From IMG/VR virus record IMGVR_UViG_3300031656_000001: a stretch of 64,000 bases of DNA. One strand, written 5' to 3'. The translations under genes were made by a program, and so were the position numbers. The notes beneath the pieces are model-generated. The model worked only from the letters and a program-made list of their open reading frames with translations, was not told the origin of the DNA and did not search any database. The stretch is from a virus. Positions 27,529 through 37,018 of this stretch are shown piece by piece. Positions within the stretch are counted from its first letter, which is position 1, and each line of letters opens with the position of its first letter.

Positions 27529-28908
27529 TTATAGTGCTAAACCTTCAACATAGAATTTTTCGTATTGTGTACCTGGGTGGAATCCAGCTTCAACTAATGC
27601 GTATCTAGATTTAACAGCTACTTTCGGAGCCATTGTTCCTTCTGCGATCATTTGAACTGATTCAGCCATTAAGTAAGGCATGAAAATTAATCCAGCACCG
27701 TTACCATCACCTTTTCTACCAACTAATACTTCATGTGTAGTTTTACCTCCAGCAGTAACACCTTCGAAAGCCATGTTAGGATCAGTGTAAACATTGATTC
27801 CAGCAACAGAACCTACTGGGTAGATTGCTCCTGCAACTTGGTTAAATGTGTTAGCCATTGGGTTAGATACAAATCCTGCAACACCTTGTAAAGCTGAAGC
27901 AACTTTTGCATCAACTACAGCGAAGTTACCAGCACCTCTTCTACCTCTGTTAGCAATTAAGTTTGCAGCGGCTAAAACGTGTGTTAAGATTCTTCTATTA
28001 ACATCACCGTAAGTGTTTCCACCTTGAGTGTAAACTAATTCTAAGTTTCCAGCTAAAGTACCTTCACCAGCAATAGATCTCATTTTAGATAAAATGTGAG
28101 TATTGATAGATTGAGTTAATTCGTTAGTTAAAACTGCTTCTACTTGAGCAACAGCATCAACACCGAATTGTTTTAAATCTTGTACTTGCTCTCTTGTAAC
28201 TGCAGCAGCAACTTGGAAAGTTTCAGCAGCAACACTTTTAGAGAATAAAGAAAGACCCATTACTTTATCAGGAGTAGATTCACCAAGATCTCTTGACATT
28301 GGCTTATCGTTTGCATCAGCACCTGAGAATCCAGGAATGTGATCTTCTAAAGCTTTAACTAATTCAGCACCTGCATATCTTGCAGCTATATTTGCTTCAC
28401 CGTCTAATGCATCAACAATTTTGATAATTGATTTTCCATCAATTCTAGAAGTTCCAACTAATACATCGTTACCTGCAGCAACTGCATCAACTGCACCTTT
28501 AATATAAGTAGGTGTAACGTTTCCGTCAACTTTTCCACCTTCGTAAGTAAAGTCTAAGTAAGACAATAATCCCATTGGTCCTGCCATTGGTACTACTGGT
28601 ACTAAGTCTAAACCGATAGTTTGAGCAGCTACTTGCATTGCTAATGGTAATAAAGTCGGAGACTTGTCACCAGAACCATTTTCACCACCTGCTGCACCGT
28701 TAGATACTGCTGAAGGGAAAGATACTGCACCCATACCTGCTAAGTTCATGTTAGGGTTTAAAGACATGATGTTCGCGTCTTCGTAAAGTTTATGGTTGTG
28801 ACAGTAAGTCGACATCCATGCTAATTTGCTAGATTCGTTAATACCTGTAGCTTCCGAGATTATCGGTGCCCATGTATTTTTGATCTCAGCTTCGTTTAAT
28901 AAATTCAT
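27529..28908 (-). CDS. major capsid protein (gp23-like)
   Basis: WAPI, DLVPVVPMAGPMG, EQVQDLK, ELTQSIN, RRGAGNF, FMPY, KSRYAL. Confidence 0.92.
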   Translation of the reverse strand: MNLLNEAEIKNTWAPIISEATGINESSKLAWMSTYCHNHKLYEDANIMSLNPNMNLAGMGAVSFPSAVSNGAAGGENGSGDKSPTLLPLAMQVAAQTIGLDLVPVVPMAGPMGLLSYLDFTYEGGKVDGNVTPTYIKGAVDAVAAGNDVLVGTSRIDGKSIIKIVDALDGEANIAARYAGAELVKALEDHIPGFSGADANDKPMSRDLGESTPDKVMGLSLFSKSVAAETFQVAAAVTREQVQDLKQFGVDAVAQVEAVLTNELTQSINTHILSKMRSIAGEGTLAGNLELVYTQGGNTYGDVNRRILTHVLAAANLIANRGRRGAGNFAVVDAKVASALQGVAGFVSNPMANTFNQVAGAIYPVGSVAGINVYTDPNMAFEGVTAGGKTTHEVLVGRKGDGNGAGLIFMPYLMAESVQMIAEGTMAPKVAVKSRYALVEAGFHPGTQYEKFYVEGLAL

Positions 28909-29007
28909 AATTTGAGAATGTTTTTTTGTTTGTTTGTTTGTGTTTAGTTAAAAACTCGACATTCAATGGGTGTTCTGCTTCTGTCACCCTTTATCGTCGA
29001 TTGTTAT

Positions 29008-29017
29008 TTATATATCT
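29008..29017 (-). promoter_or_regulatory. late promoter AGATATATAA of the capsid gene
   Basis: Exact motif 100 nt upstream of the capsid start. Confidence 0.65.
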
Positions 29018-29022
29018 ATGTT

Positions 29023-31083
29023 TTATTTGTTAAATCTCTTTTTGAATGCTTCAGCCATTTCTGTAACATCGTAACCGATGGTAGATTTAGGCGCTTCATC
29101 CTTAGATTCTGTTACCATTGCAACTTTTTCCATTTCAACTTTAGTATCTCTTAAGTCTCTAGTTTGCCAGAAATTAGCAACTTGGTATTCAGTTTTTAAT
29201 GAGTGGTATTTAGCTTGTGCTGTTATTTGATTCTGTTTAGATTCAGATAAGTTTTCCCATGCTGCGCTGTATTCCGCTGGCATTGCAGTAATAAACAATG
29301 GTTGTGCACCTTTGTTTTCAACAATAAGCTCTGCGTTATTCATTAATGATGAGATTTCAGATTCAGTCATAAAGCCTCTTTGAGAAACTGTATTTCTAAC
29401 TTCTGTTTTAGCTGATTCATTTAATGCGTTATACTTTTCTCTTGTCGTAGATGATACAACTCTAAAGAATGAAGGATTTTCATTTTCTTTTGCTGTAGCA
29501 TTTTCTACTAATTTATCTAATTTAGATGAGATTTCGCTTTTGTAAGATTCTAATGGATCTAATGCTCCTTCTTCACCTTCAGTTTCTTCTTCACCTTCAC
29601 CAGCTTTAGCTGCTTTGGTTTCTGCTTCAATTTCTGAATCAGATTTAATTGCGTCAGATTCTAAATCTTCAGCGTCTTCTCCATTTACTTCACCTTTAGT
29701 ATCACCTTCTTTTGAATTATCTCCTGCTTCAACTTCTTCACCTTCGATTTCTTCAACTTCTTTACCAGCTTTATCAGAATCAGCAGCTACTGCGCCTTCT
29801 TCAGAATTATCACCGATGTTTTCGATTTCTTCAGTTTCTTCAGCTTCGTCAGCGTCTTTTGCAGGAGCTTCAGCTTCTGCTACTTCTTTAGCAACTTCTT
29901 CACCTTCAACTTTATCAGCTGCTTCAACTTCTTCCTCTTCAGTTTCTTCAGCTTCAGCGTTAACTGGTACTTCAATAACTGTTTCGTTTAATGATTCTGC
30001 AATATACTCTGCATATTCAGAAACTGATTGTAAGTTTTCTTTTAAGTATTCAACATACTCTAATAAAGATTCGTGAGAAGTACTTCCTTCGTTATGTGCT
30101 TCTGCTAAATAATTAGCGAAGTCTTTAACTTTAGAAACTGCTTCAGCAACATGCTCTGTATAAGAGATATTGTTATCTAATGTTTCTGCTAAAGATTCAG
30201 CATATGAAATACTTTGATCTGTTTTCTCAGCAACATGTTCAGAATATTGAATGTTATCGTCTAATTTACCAGCGATGTATTCTACGTATTCTGTTAATTG
30301 ATTAACGTTTTCTACAACGTGATCACTATGATCTTTCAAGTTTTGTACTGTTTTATCTTCTGAAACTTCTTCATTTTTAGTTTCGATAGATTCTTTTAAT
30401 GTCTTGATCTCATTCGCCAAATACTCAGAGTACTTATTGAAATCCTCGGATTTTACAAATTCTGCCATGTTTTTATTTTCTTTTATTTGTGTGTTTGTGT
30501 TTTTAATAGGTTGGTTATCAATAGCTTCTGTGCCATTCATTTCGTAAATTGCTAAATTTCCTGCGTTTGAATAACCATACGTTTCGTTAACTCTCTTTAA
30601 CTCTGCGTTTTCAAAACCTGGATCAGCAACTAGATCATAAGTAAATAATTGTTTAATCTTTACTTGTCCGTTAGATTCAACTGCACCTGCAGCTCTAGAT
30701 GAAATCTGTAAAGGAACACCAGCATCTACTAAAGCTTTAGCTTGTCTTCCAGCGTCTGTATCTAATAATTTGATACGTCCTCTTACTTCTTTACTATCTT
30801 TGTCATATACAAGTTCTTCAATGATATGTGATACATTCTTTAAAGAAATGTCAAATTGTGCAGGATGATCTAATTCGCCCAATAACTTACTAGCTTTAAT
30901 TTTAGCTTGTAATGCTTCAATTTGTGGAACATACTCCGACTCAGTGTATATACGGTTGTTTTTGTTTTTTTGATCGATTTGACCAAAAATACCTTCAAGA
31001 ATGTAATCTTTGTTCTCTGAAGTTGTTACACTTAGAGCTGATGAAGACATCTCGACGATTAATAAATCGTTAGTATTTTTCAT
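29023..31083 (-). CDS. prohead protease (gp21-like) fused to scaffold/core (gp22-like)
   Basis: LEGIF..KNKNNRIY, LGELDHP, VSHII, ISSRAAG, YDLVADPG, then an acidic coiled coil. Confidence 0.88.
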   Translation of the reverse strand: MKNTNDLLIVEMSSSALSVTTSENKDYILEGIFGQIDQKNKNNRIYTESEYVPQIEALQAKIKASKLLGELDHPAQFDISLKNVSHIIEELVYDKDSKEVRGRIKLLDTDAGRQAKALVDAGVPLQISSRAAGAVESNGQVKIKQLFTYDLVADPGFENAELKRVNETYGYSNAGNLAIYEMNGTEAIDNQPIKNTNTQIKENKNMAEFVKSEDFNKYSEYLANEIKTLKESIETKNEEVSEDKTVQNLKDHSDHVVENVNQLTEYVEYIAGKLDDNIQYSEHVAEKTDQSISYAESLAETLDNNISYTEHVAEAVSKVKDFANYLAEAHNEGSTSHESLLEYVEYLKENLQSVSEYAEYIAESLNETVIEVPVNAEAEETEEEEVEAADKVEGEEVAKEVAEAEAPAKDADEAEETEEIENIGDNSEEGAVAADSDKAGKEVEEIEGEEVEAGDNSKEGDTKGEVNGEDAEDLESDAIKSDSEIEAETKAAKAGEGEEETEGEEGALDPLESYKSEISSKLDKLVENATAKENENPSFFRVVSSTTREKYNALNESAKTEVRNTVSQRGFMTESEISSLMNNAELIVENKGAQPLFITAMPAEYSAAWENLSESKQNQITAQAKYHSLKTEYQVANFWQTRDLRDTKVEMEKVAMVTESKDEAPKSTIGYDVTEMAEAFKKRFNK

Positions 31084-31139
31084 AATGTTTTATTTTTCTA
31101 TTTTTAATATATATCATACTTTATTATCTAAATATCTTA

Positions 31140-31478
31140 TTACAATCCTGCTAATGGATCCTCTTCATCCTCTTCGCCTTCTCCGCCTTCCTTTTCAGCT
31201 TCTTTTTCAGCTTCTAGTTCTTCTGCAGCTATATCATTGTATATCTTAACTAATTGGTCAATTTCACCTTCTGCGAAAGCGTTTTCACCATAACTATCAT
31301 AAAAATATTGTTTAAATTCATCGTCAGTCATTGATGCTGTTACAGCTCCTAAAATCTCTGCAGATTTTATAGTAGAACCTGAATCTAATTTAATATCGTC
31401 AATAATTATCTTGGAATCTTCTCCGGCTCTCATTGCATCTTCTGTAATGAAGTCTTCAAATGTTTTAATAATTTTCAT
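31140..31478 (-). CDS. small acidic prohead core-like protein
   Basis: Lies between portal and protease (the gp67/68 position); IKTFEDFITE leader. Confidence 0.55.
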   Translation of the reverse strand: MKIIKTFEDFITEDAMRAGEDSKIIIDDIKLDSGSTIKSAEILGAVTASMTDDEFKQYFYDSYGENAFAEGEIDQLVKIYNDIAAEELEAEKEAEKEGGEGEEDEEDPLAGL

Positions 31479-31505
31479 AATCTATATATCTTTTTTAATA
31501 GTGTG

Positions 31506-33098
31506 TTACATTGCGAATGGATCTTCAGCCTCTGGCTCTTCAGCAGTCGTTTTCTTTAATTTAGATTTGGCTGCTTCATTACCTCTAATTTCATCATCAC
31601 TTAATTTAAGATATTTCTTAACTAAGTATTCTTGATCGAAGTAATATTCTTCTTCCATTGTTTCTTGATTTGTTGTCATTAATGAGTCTCTCATTGTAGC
31701 AATAAAGTCTAAACGTTTCTCCATTAATTCCATGTCTTTTAATTCTGAGAATACATTTTCTTCATTAAATCGTAATGCGACTTGTGATTTGAATTGTGGA
31801 TCGTTTGTGAATTCAGGATATTTAAGACACATTTGAATAAACAAAGGCTTAGATAAAATTTCCATGAATGTAGATCTTAAACGTTTGATAAATTTACCAA
31901 ACTTAATTTCATCTCTAATCATACCATCAGCAGCAAGATTGAAATCTCCACCACCATCTTCATATAAGAATCTAGAGTAAGGTATTTTTGAAACGTGTTT
32001 TAATTTGTCTGAGAAGTATTTAAGTGCTTCTGTATCTGAAAGATCTGGTCCTTCACTGTTTAATGTTTCAATTTCTGGTGATTCACCATCTTTAGAAGGC
32101 AGCCAATACTCTTTACTAAATTGTAACATTGGTTTACCATCTGTTGCTAGTGTTCCTGATTCCCAATCAAAATCAACTGATTCTTTATAAGAGTTCATTA
32201 ACTGAGAAAGCGATTGCTTTGCTCTAGTCTTAGATTTACCACCGACAGGTATAACAAACTTCATTCTAAATGAAGCGTTAGTTACTGCCCATATAACTCT
32301 TGTGTGTTCCATTATTCTTAACAAGTTGAATGATCTTGTTAATCTCTCAATATATGAAACTCTTGATGTTGTTGTTATTGAAGAATATGAAATATAGATT
32401 ATTTGAGAATCATATAACTTTCTTTCTTTAACTGGATCATCTTTATATTGTACCCAAACTTTCTTACCATCTTCGTGGTTATATCCAGGAATAAGTGTAA
32501 TTGGATCTATTTCTTTAAATCCTATAATCTCTTGTTGATCTGGTGAATAAATAATCTCAAATGCTAAATATCCATCAATTAAGAATTTTCTAAAGAAGTA
32601 CCATGCTGATTGATCTGAGTTAAACCCAAAATAGTGATACAGTTGTCTAAAATATTTATTAAGATCTTTATCAACGTCGTCTGAAACATCCAATCCTAAT
32701 ATTTCTGGGTAACAGAAAAAGTTTTTATTATCGTATACTATTGATTCATCACAAAGAATATCTAAGATATCTTCAACCTCATCATTAAGTGAGAATTTTC
32801 TAAGTTCATCTCTTTTACCTTCATATGCTGTATCAAAGAACGGTATATTAGATCTAAGATTAGTATCTGTCATTGACATTGCTGCGAATGCACCATAGAT
32901 GTCATCGTTGTCAACGCCAAATGGATTCATTTGACCATAGCCAATTTCTGCTTCCATTGGGCCGATTGCTTGTGACTGTCTTAATACTAAGTCGTCATAT
33001 CGCATACCGAATGAGGATAAAGACTTCAAAGCATTTGAAATGCTAAAGGGTTTTGATCCGTTACTTAGTGGTCCGTTTCTATCGTTAAATCCTGCCAT
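31506..33098 (-). CDS. portal protein (gp20-like)
   Basis: FLIDG, NLLRIME...IW, YWLP, IETL, KIPYSR, IRDEIKFGKFIKRLR. Confidence 0.92.
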   Translation of the reverse strand: MAGFNDRNGPLSNGSKPFSISNALKSLSSFGMRYDDLVLRQSQAIGPMEAEIGYGQMNPFGVDNDDIYGAFAAMSMTDTNLRSNIPFFDTAYEGKRDELRKFSLNDEVEDILDILCDESIVYDNKNFFCYPEILGLDVSDDVDKDLNKYFRQLYHYFGFNSDQSAWYFFRKFLIDGYLAFEIIYSPDQQEIIGFKEIDPITLIPGYNHEDGKKVWVQYKDDPVKERKLYDSQIIYISYSSITTTSRVSYIERLTRSFNLLRIMEHTRVIWAVTNASFRMKFVIPVGGKSKTRAKQSLSQLMNSYKESVDFDWESGTLATDGKPMLQFSKEYWLPSKDGESPEIETLNSEGPDLSDTEALKYFSDKLKHVSKIPYSRFLYEDGGGDFNLAADGMIRDEIKFGKFIKRLRSTFMEILSKPLFIQMCLKYPEFTNDPQFKSQVALRFNEENVFSELKDMELMEKRLDFIATMRDSLMTTNQETMEEEYYFDQEYLVKKYLKLSDDEIRGNEAAKSKLKKTTAEEPEAEDPFAM

Positions 33099-33124
33099 AC
33101 TATTATATTATTATGTTCTTGTTA

Positions 33125-33751
33125 TTATATATCTTTTCTTTTTGAGCGCGTTTTTAGGTGCTCTCTGAATGCTTTCTTGACCTCGTTGATTCCAATACCA
33201 TATAGATCTTGGAAATCACACAATGCGATCTTTGCCCAACTTTCATATGAAACTACTTTCTGGTTCTTTTTCAACTCTGGTATATATTGTCTAATAGCAA
33301 AATCAAATCCAAAATGTACTAAGAATTTTACAATATCTTTGTATATTAGTTTTATTTCACTTTGTGTTTTTGCGTTGTTTTCTTTAGATCTACCAGTGCT
33401 TGATTTTATTTGACCAGACATACGATCATATACCATATCTAATAAATCCTCTTTAAATTGAACTGGTAATAAATTTAGATTAATACCAACATCTGTTCCG
33501 CTCGAATGTGGTTCTAATGCAAGTACTACTGGATTCATATCCCACCATGGTAATGTTTTCATGTGTTTGGGTTTTTCATATCTAAATACATGAATCATAC
33601 CTGTTTTAAATGGTTTACCATGTTTTGATACAGTATGATCCTTAACGGACTTGACAGCCTTAGCAAACCATTTCTCAGCGCTTTTACGTGCTTTGACTTT
33701 TCCGCCAGCTTCTTTGCTTAAATCCTTAATATCTTTCTTTATCTTACCCAT
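33125..33751 (-). CDS. DNA end protector (gp2-like)
   Basis: FRYEKPKHMKTLPWWDMNPVV...GINLNLLP...AIRQY. Confidence 0.7.
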   Translation of the reverse strand: MGKIKKDIKDLSKEAGGKVKARKSAEKWFAKAVKSVKDHTVSKHGKPFKTGMIHVFRYEKPKHMKTLPWWDMNPVVLALEPHSSGTDVGINLNLLPVQFKEDLLDMVYDRMSGQIKSSTGRSKENNAKTQSEIKLIYKDIVKFLVHFGFDFAIRQYIPELKKNQKVVSYESWAKIALCDFQDLYGIGINEVKKAFREHLKTRSKRKDI

Positions 33752-34224
33752 TATTTAAGAGACTTTTCTGTTAAGACTATAAACCTCCAACCTCTGTTGT
33801 CAGCATACGCCTTCGCATATTTATATTTATCTCTATTTTTTACATACTGCTCTGCCAAAAACTTATATGATTTCAGTGCCTTTTGACTGTTCTTAGTCGG
33901 TGGCTTTGGGATAGTGATTTGTGCTTCTGGTTTAATTTCAACCAAGAATTCTGTATCTCCATCAAGTCCGCTAGTTTTCATATAGAAATCTGGGTAGTAT
34001 TTGTGTTCTCTTTTATCAAATGACCATATGTACCGTATTTCTACAGGTTCACTTGACCATTTAATTACGTCTTCTCTATTATCACATATAATCATAAACT
34101 TCCTTTCCCATGATGATCTATAGATTATCGGGAGTGGTCCTATATACTTGTCAGGATTCTTTGGTGTAAAGTATCCTTGTATAAAACCTGAATTATTAGA
34201 TGGTTTAAGATTTTTTATTGACAT
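33751..34224 (-). CDS. head completion nuclease (gp4-like, TnsA-like)
   Basis: PKNPDKYIG, IYRSSWE, WSSE, YYPDF, LVEIKP, LTE. Confidence 0.85.
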   Translation of the reverse strand: MSIKNLKPSNNSGFIQGYFTPKNPDKYIGPLPIIYRSSWERKFMIICDNREDVIKWSSEPVEIRYIWSFDKREHKYYPDFYMKTSGLDGDTEFLVEIKPEAQITIPKPPTKNSQKALKSYKFLAEQYVKNRDKYKYAKAYADNRGWRFIVLTEKSLK

Positions 34225-34608
34225 TTAGATGTTGAACATTCCACCACCATCATCGCTTCCACCACCTGTTGTGATACGATCTATTGATAATGTGCCTTTG
34301 TATTTTTGTGGGTGAATTTTATTCCATCCTTTAGCATATCCTCTCTTTGCAATCTCTGTAAAGTATGCAAATGCATTTGGATATTTAGGGTTGAAATTTC
34401 TCCAGTATTTCAAAAGATCTAATATTGCAAACTGTAGACAATCATCCCGATCATCACTGTTAACATAGTTTAATTTGTTAATAGTTCTTTCGGCTAACAA
34501 CACTAACATCTTCTCTGCAGTCGGTGTGAGTTTGTCGGCATCTTTTGAAAGGACCATTTGATTATATAAATCTTTATTATTTAGGTAATTTTTGCTTTTT
34601 TTAGCCAT
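34225..34608 (-). CDS. late-transcription sigma factor (gp55-like)
   Basis: YLNNKDL..., NFNP..NAFAYFTEI. Confidence 0.75.
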   Translation of the reverse strand: MAKKSKNYLNNKDLYNQMVLSKDADKLTPTAEKMLVLLAERTINKLNYVNSDDRDDCLQFAILDLLKYWRNFNPKYPNAFAYFTEIAKRGYAKGWNKIHPQKYKGTLSIDRITTGGGSDDGGGMFNI

Positions 34609-34627
34609 AGTGTAATGTATGTTTAAT

Positions 34628-34655
34628 ATTATACTAAAAAAAGCCCAATTGTTTC
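34628..34655 (-). promoter_or_regulatory. class II promoter GAAACA-N16-TATAAT of gp55
   Basis: Recurrent motif; overlaps a terminator hairpin. Confidence 0.6.
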
Positions 34656-34666
34656 CAAATGGGCTT
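34636..34666 (-). terminator. intrinsic terminator
   Basis: AAGCCCATTTG-loop-CAATTGGGC followed by T7. Confidence 0.65.
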
Positions 34667-34689
34667 ATTTAAATAGTTATATGGTTAGA

Positions 34690-35874
34690 TTAAATAGAAT
34701 CTTCAACAGAAATTTGAAGTTTGTTTTTCTCTATTCTCTGTGGTTCGTCGTTTACGAATACTGTTAATATGTCTGATTTACCCTTTCCGGTAAATTCAAG
34801 AGCATCAACTTTAACTTTAGATCCTTTAGGTAAATCTTCAGATTCTACTGTAGTTTCTGCAGTAACATATCCATCATCTCTAGTTAAGAAATCTTCGTTT
34901 TGTAAATCGTTTAATTCTTCTGTAATTCTTTCGATTTCAGAATTTAATAAATGATCTGCTGCTTTAATATCTGGTAAGTTTCTGTTAGCTTCAGATAATC
35001 TGCCTTTCTGATCTTTCAAAAATGCAATCATTTCATACATCAATTGAGTTTTCTGAGTTTTAAGAGCTCTGCGTTCTTTGTAAGATTCTAAGATGTCTTC
35101 AACCATTGGTGTAATATCTGCTCCAGTGTTTTCAGCAACATATTCAACTGCAGCATCTGCTAGTAATTTAGTAAATTTCTCAATCTTAGTAGACTCGTTG
35201 AATCTATAAACAAACATGTTGTCTTCTGTTCTCATTGCTAAAACCCTAACGTCTCCGTCAGTTGATTCATTAATGAAATCTAATACACTGTAGTTATTAA
35301 AGTTTTTACAAGCGAATTCAAATAAATTAATTGTTTCTTTATCTTCGTACTTAATGTAAGCTGACGCTAATAAAGATTCTGATAAAATCATAGAATCAGT
35401 ATGTACTAACTCAATATTACCTGCATAGAATTTCTTTTCAGTAACATTATATGAGAAATTAACGATAATTGAATTTTTAAGTAAATCAGTTCTTGTTGAT
35501 TCTAAAAGTTCTAATTCTTTTTTAACTTCAGTAACTGCTACTTTTTTACCAGATTTCTTATATGATTTAATGTTTTCATTTAAGAAATCAATTTTTTCAT
35601 TTAAGCCAACTAATGTATCGAAATTAGTTAATGCTGATTCGTCAATATTGGAAATAGTTTTCTTGTTATTATAATCGTAGTAGAATGAAATACCCTCGTT
35701 AGTTATACTAAACGTATTGTTTGCTTTAACTAATGATTTGAAATCTTCAGAAACGTTTGCAACTTTTTCTATATGACTTCCTGTCATTTTGAAATTTTGT
35801 CCGCCCGCGTGAAATACAAAACCTTGTTTTGACTCTATGACTGGTGAAATAATTCCTTTGTTTAATTTTGCCAT
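34690..35874 (-). CDS. hypothetical (likely virion/core) protein
   Basis: 394 aa; late-promoter motif upstream; several [LIV]xE sites. Confidence 0.65.
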   Translation of the reverse strand: MAKLNKGIISPVIESKQGFVFHAGGQNFKMTGSHIEKVANVSEDFKSLVKANNTFSITNEGISFYYDYNNKKTISNIDESALTNFDTLVGLNEKIDFLNENIKSYKKSGKKVAVTEVKKELELLESTRTDLLKNSIIVNFSYNVTEKKFYAGNIELVHTDSMILSESLLASAYIKYEDKETINLFEFACKNFNNYSVLDFINESTDGDVRVLAMRTEDNMFVYRFNESTKIEKFTKLLADAAVEYVAENTGADITPMVEDILESYKERRALKTQKTQLMYEMIAFLKDQKGRLSEANRNLPDIKAADHLLNSEIERITEELNDLQNEDFLTRDDGYVTAETTVESEDLPKGSKVKVDALEFTGKGKSDILTVFVNDEPQRIEKNKLQISVEDSI

Positions 35875-35908
35875 TTGTGTTGTTTAATTTTTTATATATA
35901 TCTTTTGT

Positions 35909-37000
35909 TTATTCGTTGAATGGTAGATCAGTAGATGAAACGTCTAATGGATCACCAAATGAAGGTTTCAACCTATCTGGCGTTCCTTCTGCAATATCAG
36001 ATGTATTACCGAACTTAAATATTCTATTTGAATTCTTTCTTCTGCTTGAAGTTCTCAATAATTGAGAATTTGTAGTTAATTCTGTACCAAGTAATGATGT
36101 GTCGATTGTGCACTCAGTAATTGGAGCAGTTTGTGTTAAAATCCATGAAGTAGAATCTGCGTCCCATGTATATATTGCACAAGTAGAATCAGTGTATGTT
36201 AATGGATTTGGTAATTCACCTTCATATATTGAAGATGGATCTAAAGCTACTTTGTTAGGATCTCCATAATTTCCAGTAACACCACCAGTATATACAGTTC
36301 TTGTAAATTTAGTATAAATGTCGTCTTCAAAATCAAATGAAGGTATAAATGTACTGATCTCTAAACTAAATGTTATTTTGTGGTTTTCTTTATCATCAAA
36401 TCCATATTCGATTGGCTTGTCCTGTGTGTAATCGTCTGGCATCATGTATTCCGATGAAATTCTATACATACCATCATCTATGTGACCTGCGTCTATGTGA
36501 TAGAAATTAGCCTTGTACATATTTTTGATGATTGATTCAGTAACCTTAAACATATCTAATTGACTAGATAATAATATTTCAATATCTACACCAATTACAC
36601 ATGGAATCATTTCGAATTCTGCAACATACCCTTCCATTAAACCTTGATTATTCATCATAGTATAATTACCGAGATTTCTTTTATTGACTAGTTTTCCAGG
36701 ATCTACTGAAAATGAAGTTAAGTTAACAATACCTCTTGGTACTTTATCATAATTCCCATCTGCAAATGTTCCATCAGGATCACAGCTTTCTCCATTCATA
36801 TTGGAAAACAAAAAGTTATCTTTTATAAAATTCTCATCTCCAGCAACGGCATAGAAAAATGGTACATCTATAATAGCCCTTTCGTCATTAGAGACTTGTC
36901 TCCAAAAACTAAGCTTACTATTTAGATCAGCTAAAAGACCTACAATAACGTGTCTAATAACACTGTCGTCTTTGTTGTATTTTAAATTATATGTTGCCAT
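35909..37000 (-). CDS. tail terminator/sheath stabiliser (gp15-like)
   Basis: IRHVIVG...IDVPFFY...E.F...VPRG...TFSLEISTFIP. Confidence 0.6.
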   Translation of the reverse strand: MATYNLKYNKDDSVIRHVIVGLLADLNSKLSFWRQVSNDERAIIDVPFFYAVAGDENFIKDNFLFSNMNGESCDPDGTFADGNYDKVPRGIVNLTSFSVDPGKLVNKRNLGNYTMMNNQGLMEGYVAEFEMIPCVIGVDIEILLSSQLDMFKVTESIIKNMYKANFYHIDAGHIDDGMYRISSEYMMPDDYTQDKPIEYGFDDKENHKITFSLEISTFIPSFDFEDDIYTKFTRTVYTGGVTGNYGDPNKVALDPSSIYEGELPNPLTYTDSTCAIYTWDADSTSWILTQTAPITECTIDTSLLGTELTTNSQLLRTSSRRKNSNRIFKFGNTSDIAEGTPDRLKPSFGDPLDVSSTDLPFNE

Positions 37001-37018
37001 TAACTATATATTCTATTT

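Noticed and set aside
33751-34224. TnsA-like protein as evidence of a transposon
   Set aside because: Its motifs and position beside gp2 and portal fit gp4 head completion nuclease; no other transposon genes or ends
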